From contig JBIPSI010000013.1 of NCBI GenBank assembly GCA_044070495.1, positions 88,581 to 152,580 on the forward strand: a DNA stretch of 64,000 nt, given 5' to 3'. The notes beneath the pieces were generated by a model that saw only the letters and a program-made list of their open reading frames with translations, was not told the origin of the DNA and ran no database searches. This document shows positions 53,278 to 62,173 of this stretch, in pieces; position 1 is the stretch's first letter, and each line of letters opens with the position of its first letter. This DNA comes from Spirulina sp. GTDB taxonomy: Bacteria; Cyanobacteriota; Cyanobacteriia; Phormidesmidales; Phormidesmidaceae. The translations under genes were made by a program, and so were the position numbers.

Positions 53278-53979
53278 ATGCCACACACCCAAAAGCCCAT
53301 CGTTATTTCCCCCTCCATTTTGTCGGCAGACTTTAGCCGTCTGGGCGAAGAAATTAAAGCCGTTGATGAAGCCGGGGCCGATTGGATTCATGTGGACGTG
53401 ATGGATGGTCGGTTTGTTCCTAACATCACCATTGGCCCCCTGATTGTGAACGCCATTCGGCCCTATACCCAAAAGCCCCTAGACGTTCACCTAATGATTG
53501 TGGAGCCCGAAAAGTACGTGGCCGACTTTGCCAAGGCCGGGGCAGACATCATCACCGTCCACGCCGAGCACAACGCCTCGCCCCACCTACACCGCACCCT
53601 GGGCCAAATTAAGGAACTGGGCAAGCAGGCGGGTGTGGTACTCAATCCCTCCTCGCCCCTGTCCTTGATCGAGAACGTTCTGGATCTCTGCGACCTGATT
53701 TTGATCATGAGCGTTAACCCTGGCTTTGGCGGCCAGAGCTTCATTCCCACCATGGTGCCCAAAATCCGCGCCCTGCGTGAAATGTGCGACGAGCGCGGCC
53801 TCGACCCCTGGATTGAGGTGGATGGCGGCCTGAAGGTGAACAACACCTGGCAAGTCCTGGAAGCCGGAGCCAACGCCATTGTGGCCGGGTCTGCGGTGTT
53901 CAACGCCCCCGACTATGCCGCCGCCATCGAAGGGATTCGCAACAGCAAGCGCCCCAGCCCCGAACTGGCCACAGTGTAG
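53278..53979 (+). CDS. rpe: Ribulose-phosphate 3-epimerase
   Basis: [36 protein letters not shown]. Confidence 0.97.
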   Translation: MPHTQKPIVISPSILSADFSRLGEEIKAVDEAGADWIHVDVMDGRFVPNITIGPLIVNAIRPYTQKPLDVHLMIVEPEKYVADFAKAGADIITVHAEHNASPHLHRTLGQIKELGKQAGVVLNPSSPLSLIENVLDLCDLILIMSVNPGFGGQSFIPTMVPKIRALREMCDERGLDPWIEVDGGLKVNNTWQVLEAGANAIVAGSAVFNAPDYAAAIEGIRNSKRPSPELATV

Positions 53980-54138
53980 GGCCTTGGAGCGGCTAGTGAC
54001 TTGCTTCGTCCCCGATGTTGTGGGTTACGAAATCAACCTAAAATTGCTGAATCCATAGCAACCTAAATCACCCAAATAGGCATGGACGATAATGTCCGTG
54101 CCTATTTTTATGGTCATCCCTGCTTAATCGTGACCTGT

Positions 54139-54687
54139 CTAGGCCGCCCGCCGTTTGCGGAAAATTGGCGTCATCTGAAGGCCAGTGATCAGCAGAATGA
54201 CCAGGCCCAAACCTACCAACAGCACATAGATAGATCGCCCCACCGTGCCAAAGTAAGATCCCTGGTGCAGGCTCATCAGCACCGAAGCTTGCTCTCTGGA
54301 AATCCCAAACCAAGCCCGTCCGAGGCGATAGGCAATGCCCGTTGAGGCACTCAGCACCAGGGGCAAAAAAGCGATGGGGGCCAGGATGCGGTGAATCCAG
54401 CGATGATCTTTTTTGGGTTGGGCCTTGGTGGGCTTGCGTTTGATCACCATGACGATGCCTGTAACCAGCATTCCCAGCAGCCCCACCCCCATCAGCAACA
54501 CATACACCGGAACCAGGGATTCCCCTAAAAAACCGCCCTCATGGATGGTTAGAAAAACATCTCCAACGTCTTCAGACAGACCAAACCAGGTGCGCCCCAC
54601 CCGATAAACAACGCCGGTAAGGGCCGTCAGCAACAGGGGCAGAAAAATAATTGGGGCACTTTTGCGGTGTAGCTTGCGTAGGTTCAT
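54139..54687 (-). CDS. PepSY-TM-like membrane protein with internal duplication
   Basis: Two copies of HR...P...LPL.L.A.TG..YR.GR.WFG......H.G. Confidence 0.8.
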   Translation of the reverse strand: MNLRKLHRKSAPIIFLPLLLTALTGVVYRVGRTWFGLSEDVGDVFLTIHEGGFLGESLVPVYVLLMGVGLLGMLVTGIVMVIKRKPTKAQPKKDHRWIHRILAPIAFLPLVLSASTGIAYRLGRAWFGISREQASVLMSLHQGSYFGTVGRSIYVLLVGLGLVILLITGLQMTPIFRKRRAA

Positions 54688-54719
54688 TATGGTTAAAACT
54701 CCAGGACAATTTGGGAACA

Positions 54720-55391
54720 TCAGACTTCAACCCATTGCCGCAGCAGGTTGGCGTGGGTTTTGCTGAGCAGGTCAAATTCGGTGGTTTTGCCGTACTTTTC
54801 AAACAGGGAGCGGCGCACGGTATCTAAATCAAACAAAATTTCGCGATGGTGGGCCGATCTCACCTGACTTTGCACCCAGGTGACTGCCGCGAACCGCACC
54901 CCTTGGGTAACTTCTGTGACCTGGTGCAGGTAGGTGGAAGGGTAGATAATGGCCGCCCCAGCGGGCAGTTTGATGGTTTGGTCGCCTAATCCGGCATCAA
55001 GCATCAGTTCGCCGCCTTCGTAGGAGTCTGGGTCGCTGAGAAATACCGTGAGGGAAAGATCGGAGCGGTGGAGGGGAGAGTCGCCCATGACGGCATTATC
55101 CGTATGCCAGCCGTAGGCCATGCCGGGGGTGTAGCGGCTGATCAACAGGGGCCGCATCGCCTTGGGGCGGGCGATGGCCTGAAATAGCGGATTGTTCAGC
55201 AGAGCGGGCTGAATAATCTGGCGGATGGCCTGAGCGGTGTCGGTGTCTCCCTTGATCTGTTCGTTATGTTTGACGGTTTTGGCAAAGGTGCCCGCCGTCA
55301 GCTTGCCATCCACAAATTCCGCTGTTTTCAGTAGGGTTTGGATGGTAGCGAGGTCTCCGGGGGTAAGGAGCGGATCGATGCAAACCAGCAT
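54720..55391 (-). CDS. PKHD-type Fe(II)/2-oxoglutarate dioxygenase (PiuC/YbiX-like)
   Basis: FVDGKLTAG, YGWHTDNA, RSDLSLTVFL, YEGGEL, YPSTYLHQV, R.AAVTWVQS, NLLRQW. Confidence 0.92.
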   Translation of the reverse strand: MLVCIDPLLTPGDLATIQTLLKTAEFVDGKLTAGTFAKTVKHNEQIKGDTDTAQAIRQIIQPALLNNPLFQAIARPKAMRPLLISRYTPGMAYGWHTDNAVMGDSPLHRSDLSLTVFLSDPDSYEGGELMLDAGLGDQTIKLPAGAAIIYPSTYLHQVTEVTQGVRFAAVTWVQSQVRSAHHREILFDLDTVRRSLFEKYGKTTEFDLLSKTHANLLRQWVEV

Positions 55392-55463
55392 GGCAGTAGG
55401 TTAGAAATTGGGCTAGGACGGTGGGGACGGTGACACTCACTTTAAAGAGTGCCACCTGAGAAC

Positions 55464-55946
55464 CTAGTCGTCCCGTTCACCGGATTCGCCCTGCTCACCA
55501 CCGTCGTAATCGTGGGACTCGCCAGATTCGCCGGATTCGCCGGATTCACCGGACTCGCCAGATTCACCGGACTCACCAGATTCACCGGATTCATATCGGG
55601 AAGCCAGTAGGGTCGAATTATCAGCGGATTGGGCAACCGACGAAGAGGATGGCAGGCTAGATTGCTGATCGGGCGCTACGCTGGGGCTATCTGTGGCGCT
55701 GGCTCCGCCTTCTTCGCCCCCCTGGGTGGTGGCATCGGGTTGGGATTCGGTGGTTGGGGCGGCCATACCCTTAGCGCTGTCTGGGGCGGTGGCTTCGCTC
55801 TCTTGGCTACCCTGGGCCGTCGGGGCAGGGTTAGTCGGAACCACAGAACCCCCTTCCTCTCCACCATCGGGGGCCGCACTGCCGCAGGCCGCTACAGTGG
55901 TGGCTAGACCAAGGCTGAGAAACAGAGCAACAGCTTTTGAGTTCAC
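55464..55946 (-). CDS. Low-complexity acidic lipoprotein with GGEEGG motifs and a C-terminal (ESG)n tract
   Basis: AGAGGA RBS then GTG; signal peptide with lipobox VAAC; about 8 ESG units at 55521-55592. Confidence 0.8.
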   Translation of the reverse strand: MNSKAVALFLSLGLATTVAACGSAAPDGGEEGGSVVPTNPAPTAQGSQESEATAPDSAKGMAAPTTESQPDATTQGGEEGGASATDSPSVAPDQQSSLPSSSSVAQSADNSTLLASRYESGESGESGESGESGESGESGESGESHDYDGGEQGESGERDD

Positions 55947-55979
55947 AGGTGAAATCCTCTTTACTTGGGTTACGGGTCG

Positions 55980-56017
55980 ATAGTAGATCCCAAAAAGTAA
56001 AGAACCAGGAAAGAACC
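55980..56017 (-). promoter_or_regulatory. OmpR-type 11-bp direct repeat and -10 box upstream of the ESG lipoprotein
   Basis: GGTTCTTTCCT-GGTTCTTTACT (56017-55996), then TACTAT (55985-55980). Confidence 0.6.
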
Positions 56018-57382
56018 TTACCGAGTTTTGGCCAGGGGCAATTGCACGGTAAATGTACTGCCCCGACCAGGCTCGCTGTGGACGGTGAGGATGCCGCCGT
56101 GGCGCTGGGTAACGGCTTGGGCAATGGCTAAACCCAGGCCAGAACCGCCTTGGTGGTGGCTGCGGGCCTGATCCACGCGCCAAAATCGGTCAAACAAATG
56201 CGGCAGATGTTCGGCGGCAATCCCAATGCCCGTATCTTGCACCGTGATGACGGCCTGGGAAGGACTGCGGTGGAGGCTGACGGTGACGGTGCCCCCGGCC
56301 TGGGTGTAGTGAATCCCGTTGGCAATTAGATTCGTGAACAACCGCTGCATCTGGCTGGCATCGCCATTCACATCGGCGTTCGCGTTGAGGTCAAGCTTGA
56401 GGTCGATCTGCTGTTGGTCAGCCCGATCTCCGTATAGCGTCACCAAGTCCTCTAGGAGTTCATCTAGGGCGATGACGGCCCAAGCCCGCTGATCCGGCGT
56501 TTGGCGATCCATACGGGCCAGCAGCAGCAGATCCTCCACCAACTGACTCATCTGATCGGAGGCGCTGGCGATGGCCTGGAGTTTTTCGGTATCGGCGGGG
56601 TGGATGCGTTCTGGATGGCTTTGCATCACCGCAATGGAAGCCCGAATCGCCGTTAGGGGATTGCGCAACTCGTGGGAGGCATCCGCCGTGAACCGCTTCA
56701 GTTGGGTCAAGGTTTCTAAAACGGGTTTGAGCGATTGCCGCGTCAGCCAAAACCCTCCCAATGTCGCCAAGCCCGACACAATCACCACGCCAAGGGCCAA
56801 TCCCCCCTGCAAACGCCGCAGTTCCGCCTCCAGATGATCGGTGGATTCGCTGGCTCTCACATAGCCCATCGGCATGGTTTGGTCAGACATTTCTCCGACA
56901 TACACCGGCAGCACAAAACTGCGAATGTTACCTTCCTGCATCCACTCACCCTCGGCATCCAAGGCTAACGGCAAGGGCGTTTTGGGGAAAAGGTTGCCCT
57001 CCCGCACCATTAGATGGCGCTGGGCATCAAACCATTCCACCCCTTGATTGGCCGGGGCCAGAGAACTGGCTACGGCCTCAGGTACCGAATTGGCCTGATA
57101 TTTGCCCATCAGTTGCGACAGAGTCATGGTCGGCGGCGCGTCCTGTTTTCCATCGTTAGGAAGATAGTCGGCGTACTCGTCCTCCGTCGTTAGTTCTTCG
57201 TATTCGTGCTGAATAATTTCCAGGGTTCCGGCGGAGGACGTAGCCACTTGGCTAACATGCAGGCTGAGTTGATGGTGACGATCACGGGCCACCAAGCCAT
57301 AGATCGCCGCCGAAAAAGCACCCAAAATTACCGCAATCACCGCTAGGTAAGACCACAGCAGCCGATTCCGTAGGTTGCCCAA
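56018..57382 (-). CDS. Membrane sensor histidine kinase
   Basis: Two TM helices, FTADASHELRNPL, NLIANGI, DTGIGI, FDRFWR, GSGLGL; start uncertain. Confidence 0.93.
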   Translation of the reverse strand: MGNLRNRLLWSYLAVIAVILGAFSAAIYGLVARDRHHQLSLHVSQVATSSAGTLEIIQHEYEELTTEDEYADYLPNDGKQDAPPTMTLSQLMGKYQANSVPEAVASSLAPANQGVEWFDAQRHLMVREGNLFPKTPLPLALDAEGEWMQEGNIRSFVLPVYVGEMSDQTMPMGYVRASESTDHLEAELRRLQGGLALGVVIVSGLATLGGFWLTRQSLKPVLETLTQLKRFTADASHELRNPLTAIRASIAVMQSHPERIHPADTEKLQAIASASDQMSQLVEDLLLLARMDRQTPDQRAWAVIALDELLEDLVTLYGDRADQQQIDLKLDLNANADVNGDASQMQRLFTNLIANGIHYTQAGGTVTVSLHRSPSQAVITVQDTGIGIAAEHLPHLFDRFWRVDQARSHHQGGSGLGLAIAQAVTQRHGGILTVHSEPGRGSTFTVQLPLAKTR

Positions 57383-57389
57383 ACGGGGA

Positions 57390-58067
57390 TTAGAGATGAG
57401 GGTTGAGCCGATATCCCAGACCATACACATTCTCAATGAAGCGGTCAGGAGCCCCCGCCGCCTTTAACTTTTGTCGCAGACTTCTGAGGTGAACTTTGAC
57501 GGTTTCTTCGGCGGGCATGTCTTCGTAGGCCCAAACCCGCTCCAGAATGGTGCTGCGGCTCAAAACCTGGCTGCCGTGGCGTAGAAAAAGCTCCAGCAGG
57601 CTATATTCCTTAGGGGTTAGGGTCAGATTTTCTCCATCATAAATAACGACACAGTCATCAGGATTTAGGGTTAACTTTTCCCACTCCAGCACCGCAGAAG
57701 GGGCCACCGTTCCCCGTCGTAGCAATGCCCGAATGCGGGCCAGAAGCTCCGGCAAATCAAAGGGTTTCACCACATAGTCATCGGCTCCCACATCTAGGCC
57801 AAAAACTTTGTCTTCGCTAGTATCTCGTGCGGTAAGCATCAAAATTGGGGTGGTTAAACCCAGGTGGCGCAACTTTCGACAGAGGCTAAGGCCATCGATC
57901 CGAGGCAGCATTAGGTCTAGAATAATCAGATCAAAACTATGGGTTTCGGCAAAGGTTAGCCCCAGTTCGCCATCGGTTGCCACTTCGACCACATAGCGCT
58001 GATCCGTTAGGGCTTCCGCGATGGCCTTGGCAATGCGCTGATCATCTTCGACTATCAAGATTTTCAT
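57390..58067 (-). CDS. OmpR-family response regulator
   Basis: MKILIVEDD, ILDLMLP, LTARD, GADDYVVKPF, LTPKEY, VYGLGY. Confidence 0.95.
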   Translation of the reverse strand: MKILIVEDDQRIAKAIAEALTDQRYVVEVATDGELGLTFAETHSFDLIILDLMLPRIDGLSLCRKLRHLGLTTPILMLTARDTSEDKVFGLDVGADDYVVKPFDLPELLARIRALLRRGTVAPSAVLEWEKLTLNPDDCVVIYDGENLTLTPKEYSLLELFLRHGSQVLSRSTILERVWAYEDMPAEETVKVHLRSLRQKLKAAGAPDRFIENVYGLGYRLNPHL

Positions 58068-58197
58068 TGAGTTAGCTTTAGTCAAAGGGCCGGAATAAGC
58101 GTGTTTTAAGTCCCCAAAATACCTGATTACTGGGCTATATCTGATCACTAGCCCAGTAAAGCTAACTCGTCAAAAGGTGAAGAGCGAGAATTTAGGG

Positions 58198-58233
58198 GTA
58201 GTTGGGTTCTGCTATCGCGCCACCCAACCTACG
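58198..58233. repeat. REP-like palindrome
   Basis: GTAGTTGGGT...ACCCAACCTAC; relative near 5346-5378. Confidence 0.55.
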
Positions 58234-58297
58234 AAATACTTGGTTTTTTCGGCATTATGCCAGACAAGCTGAGCATCGGAGATGTCCTGAGCGGGTC

Positions 58298-59206
58298 TCA
58301 ATAGGTCAATTCCTCCGATTCGTAGGTATGGGGTTCGATGTGGATCGTGGTGCGGGCGGGGCCATAGAGTTCCTCTAGGCGGGCTTCCACGGCTTCGGTG
58401 ATGGCGTGGGCGGCTTCTACGCTGGTGGGCTTCACGACCAAGTGCATGTCGATGAACACCTGGCGGCCCAGCAGCCCCCGTGAGGCGATGCTGTGGCAGT
58501 TCACCACCCCCGGCACTTGCATCACCTGGGCGTGGATGGCCTCTGGGGCGATGGCCATTTCGTCCACCAGCCAAGGCAGATTTTCCCGCAGCACCGTCCA
58601 GCCGCTTTTGAATACCAGCAGCGCCACCGGAAAGGCCAGGGCCACATCCAGCCACTGAATCCCCTGCCAAATGCCAATCAGGCCAGCCATCACCACGATG
58701 GTCACCCAAATGTCGCTCATGGTGTGGCGGGCATCGGCGATGAGAATCTTGCTGTTGAGGGCAATCCCCACTCGCCGCTCATAGAAGGCTACCCCGATGT
58801 TGATGCCCAGCACAATCAGCATGATCCACAGGGCCGTTGGCCCCATGGTGACGGGTTCACCTCCGGTCAAAATCCGCTCGATGGCGCTGGTGAGAATTTC
58901 AAAACAGGCAATCCCCAAAAAGGCGGCGATACCCAGGGCACCGATGGCCTCGAATTTGTGGTGGCCGTAGGGGTGGTCGCGGTCGGGGATGGGGTTGGCT
59001 AAACGATTCGTCGCCAGACCCAGGACGTTGTTAGCGCTGTCGGTGACGCTATGGAGGGCGTCGGCCATCAAACTGAGGGATCCGGTGAGGGAACCGACCG
59101 TGGCCTTCAGAAACACCACGGTCAGATTTAATACCAGGGTAATCAACAGCACCCGCTGGACGGCTTGGCGATGGTCTCCCCCACCGTGGGCTTGGGCCTG
59201 GGCCAT
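58298..59206 (-). CDS. Cation diffusion facilitator (FieF-like) transporter
   Basis: ADALHSVTD, DHPYGHHKFE, ADARHTMSD, AHAITE, IHIEP. Confidence 0.93.
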   Translation of the reverse strand: MAQAQAHGGGDHRQAVQRVLLITLVLNLTVVFLKATVGSLTGSLSLMADALHSVTDSANNVLGLATNRLANPIPDRDHPYGHHKFEAIGALGIAAFLGIACFEILTSAIERILTGGEPVTMGPTALWIMLIVLGINIGVAFYERRVGIALNSKILIADARHTMSDIWVTIVVMAGLIGIWQGIQWLDVALAFPVALLVFKSGWTVLRENLPWLVDEMAIAPEAIHAQVMQVPGVVNCHSIASRGLLGRQVFIDMHLVVKPTSVEAAHAITEAVEARLEELYGPARTTIHIEPHTYESEELTY

Positions 59207-59474
59207 GGCTTCTTTTCCCAAATCCTAAACGATTGGATCAGTGCACGAAGACCGAGCCTGAACCGAGGCCATTTTGCGCGCTAATCCGCCCCCAATGTAC
59301 CCCGCCCTCTGCGGATCTGAACCAGATCGGCACAAAACAAAAACGCCAATCCCGTTATGGAGGACTGGCGCTAAAAGCTCACAGATATGGCTGTCCTTAA
59401 GAGTGCCCAATTTCCTTCCTAAAACGTCGTCCCCCACGTACAAAATTCCAAAACTTTTGATTTTCTTTAGACTT

Positions 59475-59812
59475 CTATCGCGGATTTCACTCGGGCAAAG
59501 CACATTGCGAGGATCCCCCCTGCCCCCCTTGATAAGAGCTACCGTGTACACACATCTCGGCCCTCACCCCCTCAGTCCCCCTCTCCCAAAAATGGGCGAG
59601 GGGGAGGCCAGACAAGGCTTTCCGGCTCCCCTTCTCCCGCCTTGGGAGAAGGGGTTGGGGGATGAGGGAAAAAGCCCTGACAGCAAGGGCTTCAAGACTT
59701 ATGTGTACACGGTAGTTGATAAGAGGGGTACAGCGTGAAACTTAGACCGCTAGGCACTAGGGGATCTAGAACCCAGCCCTGGTGTATCCCACGCTATCGA
59801 GAACCGCTATAG
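59475..59812. mobile_element. ~150-bp TATAGCG-type MITE, copy 4, interrupted by a second MITE
   Basis: CTATCGCGGATTTC...GAGAACCGCTATAG; collinear with copies 1-3 once 59539-59725 is removed. Confidence 0.85.
59539..59715. mobile_element. MITE, 177 bp, with 10-bp target-site duplication
   Basis: Perfect TIR CTACCGTGTACACA / TGTGTACACGGTAG; TTGATAAGAG duplicated at 59529-59538 and 59716-59725. Confidence 0.92.
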
Positions 59813-59845
59813 GTTAGGAAAAATAGTGGTCACTACTCTGGGTGC

Positions 59846-60385
59846 CTAGGGTGCTGAGGGTTCTTCCTCTGGCGGGTTTTCTGGCTGTTCTAACCGTTGC
59901 AAACAGGCTTCTAGGGCTGCTCGCACCGATTCGTGAGTATATTCGTCGTCGGGGTGGGGGGCTTGGCCTGGCTTCTGGAAATGGGGCCGTTCGTCGTAGA
60001 TTCTTCCCCATTGCACATCGGTTTGATGCACGAGGTCGTAGAGGGTTTCGGGGGAAGCGAGGATCGTTTCTAACAGGTCTTTAATGGCTCCCACGGGGTT
60101 GTCTAGGTAGCGGCTAAGGCGCATGGGATCATCCTCCAGCCAGCGACCGAGCACCTGCTGAAGGGCACCTTCCAAGTCGTTCAAATTGGCCTTGAGGATC
60201 TGGTCTACCTCACCTTGCACCTGCACCAGCTTGGGCACGGGGGATTCCCCTTTCATAAACCCGCCCGCTTCCTGCCCAATGGCATCCGCCAAGGAAAAGG
60301 GACGCCCCCGGCGAATGTCCTGCTGAATGTCAGTATCCGAGGACGAGAGGGTCGAGTCTTTGCCAGCGCTGAGGGGGTCGGGCAT
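59846..60385 (-). CDS. Conserved hypothetical protein
   Basis: RPFSLADAIG...MKGESPVP, WGRIYDERPHFQ.PGQ.PHPDDEYTHESVR. Confidence 0.8.
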   Translation of the reverse strand: MPDPLSAGKDSTLSSSDTDIQQDIRRGRPFSLADAIGQEAGGFMKGESPVPKLVQVQGEVDQILKANLNDLEGALQQVLGRWLEDDPMRLSRYLDNPVGAIKDLLETILASPETLYDLVHQTDVQWGRIYDERPHFQKPGQAPHPDDEYTHESVRAALEACLQRLEQPENPPEEEPSAP

Positions 60386-60489
60386 GGTTAATACCGTTGC
60401 GTTCGAGGATCATGTCTGGCGGCCTATTAACAAGGGGCTTAAGCCCCTTGTCTAGGTTTTTGGATTAACCGACGGTGGAATGAACCCGC

Positions 60490-60939
60490 CTATTCGTACA
60501 GCCAGGAGTTGGCGCTGGTTTGCCAAGACACCAGTTCCGCCGCTGTGAACCAGAGGGCAATTTCGGCCTCGGCGGTATCGGGGGCATCGGAACCGTGGAT
60601 GATGTTGCGGCCTACGGTGAGGCCCAGGTCACCCCGGATGGTGCCAGGATCGGCCTCCTGGGGCTTAGTGGCCCCGATGATCTTACGGGCAGAGGCGATC
60701 ACATCTTCCCCTTCCCACACCATCGCTACCACGGGGCTAGAGGTGATGAAATCCACCAGACCAGCAAAGAAGGGACGGTCGCGGTGAACGCCGTAGTGCT
60801 TTTCCGCCAGTTCGCGGGGCACCGCCATGAACTTCATCCCCACCAGGGTGAAGCCTTTTTTCTCAAAGCGGCCAATGATCTCGCTGATCAGGCCGCGCTG
60901 TACGCCGTCGGGCTTAATCATCAAAAAGGTGCGTTCCAC
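60490..60939 (-). CDS. ndk: Nucleoside diphosphate kinase
   Basis: [27 protein letters not shown]. Confidence 0.98.
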   Translation of the reverse strand: MERTFLMIKPDGVQRGLISEIIGRFEKKGFTLVGMKFMAVPRELAEKHYGVHRDRPFFAGLVDFITSSPVVAMVWEGEDVIASARKIIGATKPQEADPGTIRGDLGLTVGRNIIHGSDAPDTAEAEIALWFTAAELVSWQTSANSWLYE

Positions 60940-61104
60940 AGATACGGGCTCCTAACGTGAAAACGGTACGTGAAAATGGTCAGACAAAGCGGTCGGACAA
61001 AACGGTCAAACCTTCTCTATGCTCAGAAACGGTGGCCACTTTGTAAAGGATTTGCCCATAGTTTTTGTCGCGATGCCCCGTGCATCCTAGGAAACCCGTG
61101 CATC

Positions 61105-61977
61105 CTAGGAAAACTTGCGGGAAGCCAGCAGCGCCCCACCGACAATCAGGCCGCTCGATAGCAGCAGCGTCCAGGAAGGTTCGGCCTGCCCCGCCAGCAA
61201 CAGCAACAGGGTAGACAACAGCGGAGCCAAGTAGGACAAGGTGCCCAGCATTCGCAGGTTGCCGTGCTTAACGCCAAAATCCCAGGTAAAAAAGGCTAGC
61301 CCCACCGGGCCAACTCCCAACGCGAACACCGCCAGCCATTGCCACCCTACGGGCCATACTGGGGTTTCTAACAACCAGTGACAGATCCAGGCCAGCAGGG
61401 CCGTAACGCCACAAAAACCGCCCACCGACTGGGTAGGAATGGCCCCAAAATGCCGTGACAGCACCGAATAGCTCGACCAAGTGAAGGCACAGACCAGCGC
61501 CGCCAGGTAGCCCGTGGTGTATTCGGCCCGCAGGCTCAACCCTTGCCCCTGGGTGATCAGCAACCCCGCCCCCAGGAAACCCAACGCCGCCCCCGCTCCG
61601 TGGAACCAGCGCAGTCGCTCACCGGGCAACCAGGCCGACATCAGCACAATCAACAACGGCCAGAGGTAGGCAATCAGGCTGGCTTCTACCGCCGGGGCAT
61701 GGCGCAGGGCCAAAAAGTAGAAAAAATGGTAGCCAAACAGTCCAAACAGCCCCACCGCCCACACCGCAGCGGGCAATTTCAGGTAGCGCCAGGGCGATCC
61801 GCCCTCCCGCAGCCACAGCATCACCCCCACCCCAAAGGCCAGGGTAAAGGCCATCGCCGTAAGCTGAAAGGGCGGAATCGGGCCACAGAGTTGGGTCAAC
61901 AGCGCCAGGGTGGCCCACATCAAAATGGCCGTGAACCCAATCAGCGTGGCACGGGTGAAAACTGGGGTGGAGGCCAT
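61105..61977 (-). CDS. EamA/DMT-family transporter (YddG-like)
   Basis: About 10 TM helices, AILMWATLA, IAYLWPLL, AFFTWDFGVK, SYLAPLLS. Confidence 0.9.
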   Translation of the reverse strand: MASTPVFTRATLIGFTAILMWATLALLTQLCGPIPPFQLTAMAFTLAFGVGVMLWLREGGSPWRYLKLPAAVWAVGLFGLFGYHFFYFLALRHAPAVEASLIAYLWPLLIVLMSAWLPGERLRWFHGAGAALGFLGAGLLITQGQGLSLRAEYTTGYLAALVCAFTWSSYSVLSRHFGAIPTQSVGGFCGVTALLAWICHWLLETPVWPVGWQWLAVFALGVGPVGLAFFTWDFGVKHGNLRMLGTLSYLAPLLSTLLLLLAGQAEPSWTLLLSSGLIVGGALLASRKFS

Positions 61978-62173
61978 CAGGAAATAAGGATCAACAGGAA
62001 ATAAGGATCAATAAGGGTTGGGGAAGCGCCCCACGGAACCGTCACAAGGAACCGTCGGGAACGCCCTACGCTTAACATGCCTTGAAAAAGTGCGATTTTT
62101 CAAGGCCTTTGGTATATTGAGGAGTAATACAAGCGATCTGGATCCGAAACGGCATCTATACAAGGTAGCTACT

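Noticed and set aside
55947..56183. N-terminal extension of the ESG lipoprotein given in the ORF track
   Set aside because: Overlaps the kinase 3' end; RBS, promoter and signal peptide support GTG at 55946
59225..59738. ORFs 59225-59551 and 59274-59738
   Set aside because: Largely translated MITE and repeat sequence with no protein motifs
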